Assembly: GCA_001687465.1 (NCBI GenBank)
Contig: LVLI01000536.1
Coordinates: forward strand, 56,117-76,116
DNA length: 20,000 nucleotides
Direction: 5' to 3'
Origin: Halocafeteria seosinensis
Taxonomy: Eukaryota
The translations under genes were made by a program, and so were the position numbers. Under the pieces are notes generated by a model that was not told the DNA's origin, did not search any database, and was given only the letters and a program-made list of their open reading frames with translations. This document shows positions 11,063-19,004 of the stretch, one piece after another (within the stretch, counting starts at the first letter, position 1; each line of letters begins with the position of its first letter).

Positions 11063-11871
11063 CAGTAAATGTGGTGCATTATTGATTGGACTCAACCTAC
11101 GTAGCGCATTACAGTAGTTTTCCGAGGTGTCTCGAGCAACTGTCGGTTGGCAGTGGGCTAGGACTACAGCTAACATGTTTGGGAAGGTCTATCAGAGGTT
11201 TATGTTAGCTTGCATTGATTCATTTCCAAAGATGCCAATCCGTTCAGGCTTGCACCCAGTGTGGTTGGTTGGAATGCGTGCATGTGAGACCATGGTCACC
11301 ATGCGCGTGGTTTTATCGGAACTCCTTTAACCATGGTTAAAATTCCATGAGAGAAGATCCTGTACTGCGGATAATTGCGATATTGATACAACTCGAAGGT
11401 GAATGGCTCTGACAAACCAGCTGAAACGAACAGAAACTCAAGCTGTTGCCTTCGTAACTCCGAAGTGTATTACTGGACTGAATAGAGAGAACCTCAGTCA
11501 AAATTCGATGACACAAGAATACTATCGCTGCAGTAAAATACACAGCCTTGTACACTGATCTTGCTCATCCCATGGAACCATTCCACCTCAAATGGACATA
11601 ACGTCCTTCGTTCGTTAGAAGTACACGTACATTAACTTTGATCGGGGATTGATACAAATGGACACGCTAGCTCTCTCCCCCATTCACAATTGATAGGACG
11701 CGTATTACTCTCTGAAAGCAGTCGAAATTTTCAGTGTAGAGACTGTCAGGATAGTATCCGGGCCTTAGGCCCGCAATGTCTGACAGAATAGTGTGAACTT
11801 CAGAAAGTACAGTTGTACAAAGTATTGATCCGAAGCAACGCCTCCCTATTGATATAAGACATACTGGGATC

Positions 11872-13635
11872 ATGGTAATCTGGAAAAAGGTAGAAGACTA
11901 TATGATCTCCCAAGCCATGATTTACATGAGTGGGAAGAACCCCTCGGTTGCACGGAAAATGGGATTGTTCCGGTGTCTCGGTTTGGTCGTTCTGACTGTC
12001 CGTTTTCATGAATTCTCAAGAGTGGCTGAGGCTCTCGATGTAAGAAATGCGGTTCTTGATCCCTTGGCGTTTCAGCCGTGCATTTCACACAGTCAATCAG
12101 AACCAAGGGTATTCACTCTGTCATGCAACCTAACTAAACTTCCGGACCACTTCTTCACGTTGATGGCGGGTGAGATCTTCGATGGAAATCACTTCCATAT
12201 GAATTTTGACCCAGGAGAGCATATTGGCTATTTCGTGATTCATTCAGGAGTGACGTCGTTTGATGAAGCCCCCATAATCCGTAATTTACATGCTGTTGGT
12301 GGACGATTGAGAGGCGGAGAAGGTTACATTGTTAGCGCACATCAACTTTATTTTTGGGTCGACTCATGTACATCTTCAGGGGTAATTTCTAATGGAGGTA
12401 GTGGAGGCATTTGTGGAATGGCATGTGGAAAGCAGGGCGGTGTAATAAGAATAACGAATTCCTCTTCTTCTGGGATACTGGAACATGATGCTTCCGGTGG
12501 TATCACTGGCAGCCTTCTTGCAGAAGACGGTGGCACTGCAAACATAACGGGGTGCCATTCATCCGGTGAAATTGGAGGAATAGGTTCTGGCGGGATTTGC
12601 GGTGAGAGAGCTGGAAGATCTGAGGGTAATGTGTATGTCTATCAGTCGTATTCCTCGGGAGACATGGTAACCCAAGGCTCGGGAGGAGTTGTCGGGAGAG
12701 AGGTAGCATCAGATAGCGGACCGGGTGCAGTCGATGGCTGCCCTGGACGAGTAGTTGTTTCCGAGTGTTTTTCAACCGGTAGCATGAAAGCACCAAATAC
12801 TGGAGGGATACTGGGACAATCAGTTAGTGGTTGCATTTCAGTAGAGAACTCATATTCCACAGGGAATATTGAGGGAGCTGCTTCTGGTGGAATAGCCGGG
12901 AAGGCTACTTCGTGGAATTCAGGCATGGTAACGCTTGTCAATTGCTATGCTTCTGGTATATTGGGAGAGGAAGCTGGTGGTTTAATCGGGACTGTTGCTG
13001 CTGGTGGTAAGGTATTAATCAATAGTAGCGTACATAGAGATCCAATTGTGGCAGCTAGTGTGGGTACTTTGGTTGCTGATGATACCAACTCCAATTCTAT
13101 TGATGATATTCGAGGACGATTGTACAAGTTCAATGGGAAGGTTTGGCCAAGTGAGATTTGGGTTGTAGAAAACGATAGCAGTTTTCCGAAGCTCAGGTTC
13201 CAAGTTGAACAGGAAGTTCTACCACCCTCTCCTACTCCCAGTAGCACATGTTCTAGTTCCCCGACAACATCGAGCACCTACTCTGGCACAGCAAGCGCCT
13301 CTTGGACCGATTCAAAGAATCAAAGTGTTTTGACGACTCACAACGCCACTTTCAGTCCTTTCCCATCTGTAGTAGAGACGGGAAATCCCTCTTCCCATAC
13401 CATTTCAACGCCAACCTCTACGTTAACACGAAGTCCATCCTGCACTTCTTCTGTAGCACGGGACTCCCCTACACAATCAGGGAATTCGTCAGCCACGCCT
13501 AAAACTACAAGCGAAGCTAAGATTCCTCCCACTGAAAATCCCCGCAGGTCCAGGAAGTCAACAAGAGCCCTCCAGCTGCCAGTCCAGGGTTGCAAGAGGT
13601 CAACAAGAATTAAGGGTGAACGACAGTATACATAG
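11872..13635 (+). CDS. Putative secreted GLUG-motif repeat protein with long mucin-like Ser/Thr/Pro stalk (paralogue of 9629-11062); true start may be ATG 11926 or 11959
   Basis: Signal-like MGLFRCLGLVVLTV...VAEA. Shared N-domain with the upstream gene (FTLSCNL..L...F..L.A.E.FDG, PIIRNLHAVGG). Seven GG[I/V/L]xG repeats, cap WPSEIW...PKLRFQ, and ~105 aa S/T/P-rich tail. Confidence 0.8.
   Translation: MVIWKKVEDYMISQAMIYMSGKNPSVARKMGLFRCLGLVVLTVRFHEFSRVAEALDVRNAVLDPLAFQPCISHSQSEPRVFTLSCNLTKLPDHFFTLMAGEIFDGNHFHMNFDPGEHIGYFVIHSGVTSFDEAPIIRNLHAVGGRLRGGEGYIVSAHQLYFWVDSCTSSGVISNGGSGGICGMACGKQGGVIRITNSSSSGILEHDASGGITGSLLAEDGGTANITGCHSSGEIGGIGSGGICGERAGRSEGNVYVYQSYSSGDMVTQGSGGVVGREVASDSGPGAVDGCPGRVVVSECFSTGSMKAPNTGGILGQSVSGCISVENSYSTGNIEGAASGGIAGKATSWNSGMVTLVNCYASGILGEEAGGLIGTVAAGGKVLINSSVHRDPIVAASVGTLVADDTNSNSIDDIRGRLYKFNGKVWPSEIWVVENDSSFPKLRFQVEQEVLPPSPTPSSTCSSSPTTSSTYSGTASASWTDSKNQSVLTTHNATFSPFPSVVETGNPSSHTISTPTSTLTRSPSCTSSVARDSPTQSGNSSATPKTTSEAKIPPTENPRRSRKSTRALQLPVQGCKRSTRIKGERQYT
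13222..13545 (+). repeat. Low-complexity Ser/Thr/Pro mucin-like coding tract
   Basis: PPSPTPSSTCSSSPTTSST...SATPKTTSEAKIPP in translation. Confidence 0.8.
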
Positions 13636-14342
13636 AAAACATGAACGTAGAGTTACACTTCCGGAAACATAGTGTGTTCTGTCTTTATCCGTAATTGGTC
13701 CGAAAAACATTTGAGGAGATCCTAGCGGCTTATCGTTTTCTGCAACTAGGACGGTAATTACTAATTACTTACTGGAAGTGTTCGGACAACCTAAGCATAC
13801 TCTTAGATCCAGCACCGAATTGCCTTCTCCAGCAAAATTATGGGTATCCTTCATCACACTGGCAACTTCTTATCCCGTCGTTGACCCTACAAGTTATCAT
13901 GGTTACGAAGTAGAGAAGCTGACTCTCGTGAGAAAGGGTTGCCATAATGAGCTAAGTTGTTGAACGACTCATTTTGTCTGTCATACTTGACTACGGTAAT
14001 ATTGTACATTTTTTGTGCCTCCCGCTCGGATTCTTGACGGTAATTATTTAGCCGACCCTACTGTAAACTAACTGTAACAACCGAGGAGGTTTATGCCCCT
14101 TTGTTCTCCAGGATACTATCTGATAAGAATGCAGTGACAGTGGTGCATCCTCTGAAGCCGTCCATGTGGATTGTATACGGCCTGAACTATGATCAAGCCA
14201 CCTCTGGGGCAGCGTTGTACGAGGTCCAGTTAGGATACTCGACTTGGGGCGTCATACAGAAGCTTGATGAGTGTGATAACGACCGCTCTACCGCGTCGAA
14301 AGCAGGAATGACCTGCCCCGTTCCGCGACGAAAGACTCACCT

Positions 14343-16151
14343 TTGGGCTCAAGCAGAAAACCACACGAATTTGCGCAAGGGATCGAGGTGTTTCTCTTTG
14401 GAGGGCAAAGGTACAATCGGAATGGCCAGGTCGAGTTTCTTCGAGATATGTGGCATTGGGACTCGTTGAAAAGACAATGGGCCCGCCTTGATAGCCTCGG
14501 AGTTACATCTTACATGCCCACAGCACGAAGTGGCGCAGCAACATGGAGTTGTGGCAGCACCCATTACCTTGCTGGTGGCTTTTCCGAGGAGCCTGTCAAC
14601 AGCCGTACAAGGCAACTGCCTCTCTGGGAGTTTCAAGGTAGTTCCCCAATAAACTGGAGACCAGTCGACTTGATAACACCAAAGCGTGGCAACCCCAACT
14701 ATATACTAGAATCTGGAAAGCATCGCTTTGTTGCTCAGCGCTTTTATGGCTCTAGTAGACCAATGTCAAGTTTCTTGTTGTCAAATTACTTCGAGCCAGA
14801 TGGCGTGCGAGGTAACCAATTCTACGGATGGGAGTATATATGTTTCCAGGCCGGTATGCCTTTGGATTTCCCTGCTTCACTCATTGACATTGCCTCCAGA
14901 CGTTGCTGGACGACTGTTCTACTTGAAGACCGCCTTTTGTTTCTCTTTGCTCCTGTAAATTCTGGGTTTCCGTATGAAATTTGGAGTCGGGATTTCGCAA
15001 GCAATAAATGGAGCCGCATAATTCTCCATCAAGACTCTGAAGCACTTTCGAATAACGCAAAGCTTTTCTCCTGCGAGACCATCGAAGGACTCGCGCCAAT
15101 CCCGGTGTTTGGATATGCAAGCAATACAGGTACGGTCAAAATACTGGCGGATAGCGCACAAAAAGAGATAGTTTTCCGACACACCCTGACGGAAGACGCC
15201 AAGATAGTGTGTCCTTCAGCCACCAGCACCCCGACACCTACGGTCTCGGCGACGCCTTCCACATCGATGACCCATACTTCTACGAGCACTGTAACGGAAC
15301 CAGTAACTCCTAGGAGAACATCAAAGATGACGACTACACCGTCTTCTAGTGCCACTATCTCAACGACCATGACAAGCACTCGGTCTTGCGCTGCGAGCGT
15401 TTCACCCTCCTTAACAGCTTCACCTAGTAGTACAGCGAGGGAAACCAGCACACCTTCTTTCACTCCTACGCCTTCTAATACAGTCTCACCTAGTGCGTCT
15501 GTCAGCGGTTCGTTTTCTTGTACTCCGTCGAGCGGTCTCTCCAGCTCGGCTACCCCAACCCCCAGTGTACGTTCTAGCTGTGAATTCTTCTTGGAGTCAA
15601 ATGGTGATGTCAACATCGGGAAGTGGAAAGGATACCCTTTTCAGTTAGCGGACTCCATTACTGTAACTGATATCTTTAGGCGTGTAAGTGATAGTCCCGG
15701 GGCCGGCAGTGCACACATTAGCATGGAGGTGGCACTGTTCGAGACGGAGACGTGCAGCGAAACTCCATGTTCATACAGGCTTAAGAACTTGATCGCAAGA
15801 AGCAATGAAGCAAACAACAACGAACTTGGCGGGCAACTACACTTTTCTTCAGGATACAACGGTGTGTTGAGTCCTAGCAAAATTTACGTACTAGCGCAAG
15901 GCTCCACTTCCGGGAACGAGGGACATCACATTCTAGCCGACCCCTTTGCTTTACGGGATCAGTTGGCTGGGGCTAACGAAAGCTTCCAGATGTGGGGATT
16001 GCAGACCCGCTTTTCCTCACTGGTTAATCAAAGCTTGGACTATGGACGGCATGATACTGCCTTGCACATGACTAATGGTGCGACGGCAACTTTGGTAGAC
16101 CAGATGCCTGCATTGGGTATGCGGTGGTGCCCCACCCCACAGCCAGAATGA
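14343..16151 (+). CDS. Intact 3' portion (602 codons) of the Kelch-like/mucin-stalk gene
   Basis: Kelch-type motifs VFLFGG, DMWHWD...W, P.AR.G, YLAGG; S/T/P tract ~15213-15577; ~190 aa C-terminal domain. The TTG start is not credible for a eukaryote. Confidence 0.6.
   Translation: MGSSRKPHEFAQGIEVFLFGGQRYNRNGQVEFLRDMWHWDSLKRQWARLDSLGVTSYMPTARSGAATWSCGSTHYLAGGFSEEPVNSRTRQLPLWEFQGSSPINWRPVDLITPKRGNPNYILESGKHRFVAQRFYGSSRPMSSFLLSNYFEPDGVRGNQFYGWEYICFQAGMPLDFPASLIDIASRRCWTTVLLEDRLLFLFAPVNSGFPYEIWSRDFASNKWSRIILHQDSEALSNNAKLFSCETIEGLAPIPVFGYASNTGTVKILADSAQKEIVFRHTLTEDAKIVCPSATSTPTPTVSATPSTSMTHTSTSTVTEPVTPRRTSKMTTTPSSSATISTTMTSTRSCAASVSPSLTASPSSTARETSTPSFTPTPSNTVSPSASVSGSFSCTPSSGLSSSATPTPSVRSSCEFFLESNGDVNIGKWKGYPFQLADSITVTDIFRRVSDSPGAGSAHISMEVALFETETCSETPCSYRLKNLIARSNEANNNELGGQLHFSSGYNGVLSPSKIYVLAQGSTSGNEGHHILADPFALRDQLAGANESFQMWGLQTRFSSLVNQSLDYGRHDTALHMTNGATATLVDQMPALGMRWCPTPQPE
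15213..15577 (+). repeat. Low-complexity Ser/Thr/Pro (TPS/SPS/ST[A/V]) mucin-like coding tract
   Basis: PSATSTPTPTVSATPSTSMT...SATPTPSVRSS in translation. Confidence 0.85.
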
Positions 16152-16334
16152 CGAATACCATACTTTGTGTGTCGTTCATGATACGTATAACAGTTTCCCG
16201 TTCTCTCTGGAATCCATTTAATTAAATACATACATACGCATGATACACCCTAATTCCTGAGATGCCCACGGGCAGCCCACCCAGGGCAGCTGCCGATGCA
16301 TTGGTCTCTGTATCAGGGGGTGTATCCCCGATTC

Positions 16335-16400
16335 TATTTCCGGTTCTAACCGGAAATAGGCCTTTTAACCCCAATAACCGGGAACCGGAAATTCAATGTG
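16335..16400. repeat. Left copy of 66-bp direct repeat block with 24-bp hairpin TATTTCCGGTT-CT-AACCGGAAATA
   Basis: 51/66 identical, ungapped, to 18754-18819; first 24 bp identical. Confidence 0.9.
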
Positions 16401-16612
16401 GGGGCCATCACCCTTATCTTGCCTTATTCTTGGTACGTATATTCGTTTCACTGAAAATAAAAGTACGGGTGAGTGATGGTAATCATTCAGCATTGCCCAC
16501 GATGCATCTTGAGACCCTTGACAGAGTGAAGTTCTGTTGCATTGCGCTTCCCATGACCGCGGTAGCGGAACTGTCGAGCTGGACCGTCAAGATTAAGTTG
16601 CTGATTCTGACG

Positions 16613-18286
16613 TTAGACGTTGCTGGACTTATCTCGTAGTTGTTGGACCTTTGCTGCTAAATTTCTAGCTTCGGAATCTAGTATTGTGTAGTATCGAACG
16701 GTATCTAGGCTAAATGCCTGACAGATTCGAGCTTGGCAGACCATCGAGCTAACGGGCAAATTGACGTGTTCAGGAGCTTCCCAGAAGAATAATTTCTTGG
16801 CCATCATAGAAGCTCGTACTCTGCTCACGTTCCAGCCAATGGGCATCTACAGTTTTGCTGATGGACTCTGATTTCGACTCTGCAGTAAACACTGGACTCA
16901 GTATTTTAGCCAGCCAGAATGAATAGCGGTGGGTGTCTGGCCATACACAAACGATATCTTCGCTGCGGAAGATTTCAGCATCCACAAAGTCAATATCCTC
17001 CGTTAATGTTATCACACGTACCTGAATGGGTGCCAGGATTATACCGAGGAGTCTTTTGTCGTAGACTCGGGAACAATCTTTGGATTTCAGCTGCCACTTT
17101 GCCACTAAGTTCTGCTGAATGGAGGCTCCTATCATTCTCCCTTCCCTGTTCTTGGGTGTTTTTCAATGTTTCGTGAAGGACAGCAAAGATATCTTCAGGA
17201 TCGATTGAAATAGCTCGTGGAAATCCACGTGGATAAACAGTATTCCTTAAGGGAAGCCAGTAAAACTGCTCACTCGCTTGTCGTAGCCATTCTGACAGAG
17301 CAACTCTCCTTCGATCTCCATACTGCTTCTGGTTTGGCATCATTGCTGACGTACCACGCATGAGGGCAAAAACTGCTCCACGAGGAGTGTGGTAAATGCC
17401 ATACCGCGCCCACAGTTCAGTAGATCCGTATCGTTGAGGTTACATTCACGCGCAAAGGCAATTAGTTGCTGGTTTAATGCCTCATAATCGTAATGGCCGT
17501 TCTTGTTTGGGAAGAAGGAAGTCCATTCTTGTCGCCGGAATGTACCCATGCTTGCATAAGTTTGTTCCCGAGGTAACACACAGCCATATAGTTAAACATA
17601 GAGTTATTTATTCGTTCACTATCTCTTCGGCTCTGTTTTTCTTGGTACCATCTGAAGTGCTGACTTAGGCTCTTCACGGTGGAGTTTCTCCCCGTGTAAG
17701 TTGTGAAGTTCTCTCCCGGTTTTTGGCACTCAGTGCAGGTCCATCAGTGTGCCACCGTTTCACGCACGTCTTCATTGGATAAATCGTTTATTCCTCTTGA
17801 TGTGGCATGGATAAAACTCTGTCGATATTCAAAGATGCCGTTGAATCGCTGCGCTGCCGAATTCTTTTGGCGATCTATTGTGATCGCATGGTTAAGGGTC
17901 TTTTTCCTCCGTTTCTTTCGCTTAGACGACCCACCTTCGTTTGAACAGCTACTGGCCTCTTCTTGATTCTCCTTAGTCTCATTGCCTTCCTTTTCGTCTG
18001 TTCCATCCTCCTCTGTTCCTTCGTCGTCCTCCTCTTCCTCATCGTCGGTGTCCTCTTCTTCGCTGCTCTCGGGGTCGGCTTCCAGTCTTTCACAGAAGCC
18101 ACTCGCCTCACGTGCCAGGTTATTCTCTCTATCACGGTTAAATTGCTGATGGAACGTACTCTCTTATGGGTATTCCAGTCGATGCACACAATTATTGTCG
18201 CTGAGCCCTTTTGTATGAGCTCCTTGACTTTGTGCTTGGCCCACTGCCCGGGAGTGAGCACCTGGGTTTTACTCCATTAGTTCCAT
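16613..18286 (-). pseudogene. Fragmented BED-finger transposase-like pseudogene
   Basis: A frame not listed whole in the ORF track starts at ATG 18286, with stops at 18269-71, 18164-66 and 17744-46. It reads ...ESSEEEDTDDEEEEDDEGTEED... KRKKRRKK (17900-17923) ... WTCTECQK...NSTVKSLSQHFRWY (17645-17743). After frameshifts: LNQQLIAFARECNL...AFTTLLVEQFLPS; PNQKQY...RAISID; VCVWPDTHRYSFWLAKIL...VDAHWLE; HVNLPVSSMVCQARI. Confidence 0.65.
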
Positions 18287-18753
18287 CTCAGATAAAGATT
18301 ACAAGACATAACATCCGCAGAATGAACGCCCATTTGATCCAATATATCATGTTTTAGGCTTTCAGGCTTTGCTCCTTACTTACGACGAAAATGAAGGTGC
18401 CATTGTCGGGAATGTTCGAGTAACGCTGCTCTGGACTCTGATGTATCAAGGCTTCTACTGTATGTCCATTATGTCCGTGGATGCTGTCCGTGTATTCTGT
18501 CCTATTTAATTCTTGTTGAGCATGAAGCCGATATGCACGGTGTCTTTTATTATTTCTCTCTGAAAACCCTTTGATTTGGTTCCAAGTTCCAGAGATTCCA
18601 ACTGGCTGAGAAGTTGACCGTGGTTGCACGGCAATTGAGACGACGAGACAGTGTATACAGTTGTTTCTGTACTTGTTAGTTTTTTCAAATGGATATGAAC
18701 CGCTTTATTACAAACAAAACCTTTCATATTTAAAGTTATATGGGAACCCCCAT

Positions 18754-18819
18754 TATTTCCGGTTCTAACCGGAAATAAGCTTGTGAGCCGGGAGAACCGG
18801 GGACCGGAAGCGTCATGTG
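18754..18819. repeat. Right copy of 66-bp direct repeat block with the same 24-bp hairpin
   Basis: Same hairpin, same 17-bp spacer length, AACCGGG[A/G]ACCGGAA, 5 nt, ATGTG as the left copy. Confidence 0.9.
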
Positions 18820-18936
18820 ACCTTCACAGAACCGGGGGTACCTACATTCACGAGTAGGTGTATTGTCAAGAGAGAAACACAAAATCAAGCAAAAAATATG
18901 ACGGACACGCATGCATGAGGTATATAGGCGAACGTA

Positions 18937-18953
18937 CTCTCTCTTTCTTTCTT

Positions 18954-18989
<36 letters not shown>
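18937..18989. repeat. Compound microsatellite (CT/CTTT)n-(GT)n
   Basis: ctctctctttctttctttctctct...ctgtgtgtgtgtgtgtgtg read directly. Confidence 0.95.
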
Positions 18990-19004
18990 GGGCTGAGAGT
19001 GCGG

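Larger units (their letters stand above)
13981..16151 (+). pseudogene. Disrupted Kelch-like repeat + mucin-like stalk + C-terminal globular domain gene (ORFs 14101-14469 and 14343-16151 are one gene split by a frameshift)
   Basis: The 14101 frame (RILSDKN...ALYEVQLG...IQKLDEC...GMTCPVPRRKTHLWAQ) aligns to the 19005 gene (RVLADND...GLYRIALG...VERMDTC...GVTCPVPRRRPSMWSQ). Homology then continues in the 14343 frame (VFLFGG..Y......LRDMWHWD...W; PTARSGAATWS...YLAGGF). The switch falls within 14353-14387, with no GT available for an intron. In-frame TGA (14035) and TAA (14041) lie in the homologous 5' part. Confidence 0.65.
16314..18841 (-). mobile_element. Decayed non-autonomous DNA transposon, hAT-like
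   Basis: Left end begins CAGGGGGTGTATCCCCGATTCT (CAGGG start as in many hAT TIRs). Imperfect 14-bp inverted repeat at 16322-16335 / 18828-18841 (12/14). Clustered (AA)CCGG subterminal motifs at both ends (4 left, 6 right). Internal BED-finger pseudogene. No convincing 8-bp TSD found, so boundaries are approximate. Confidence 0.6.

Noticed and set aside
11337..11555. Minus-strand ORF with hydrophobic N-terminus as a third secreted gene
   Set aside because: 72 codons, non-ATG start, no similarity to neighbours.
15029..15616. 195-aa V/G/E-rich antisense ORF (also 10192-10758, 12642-13595)
   Set aside because: Antisense mirror of S/T/P or Gly-rich repeat codons.
16240..16330. SECIS element or tRNA in the GC-rich fold-back
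   Set aside because: No GA/GA quartet with apical AA at SECIS spacing; no T-loop GTTCRA or tRNA cloverleaf dimensions.
17875..18280. K/R-rich ORF 17875-18261 (-) and hydrophobic 'membrane protein' ORF 17963-18280 (+)
   Set aside because: Off-frame and antisense readings of the purine-rich acidic tract of the transposase-like pseudogene.
18354..18727. Two overlapping minus-strand ORFs inside the element's right part
   Set aside because: Short, no motifs, and multiple stops separate them from the ATG at 18286.
16335..18819. CRISPR repeats or LTRs
   Set aside because: Only two copies 2.4 kb apart, no cas genes; no TG...CA ends, PBS/PPT or gag/pol sequence.
16319..18863. GGTGTAT at 16319 and 18857 as a target-site duplication
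   Set aside because: Only 7 bp, overlaps the left inverted repeat, and leaves no terminal symmetry; likely chance or part of the ends.
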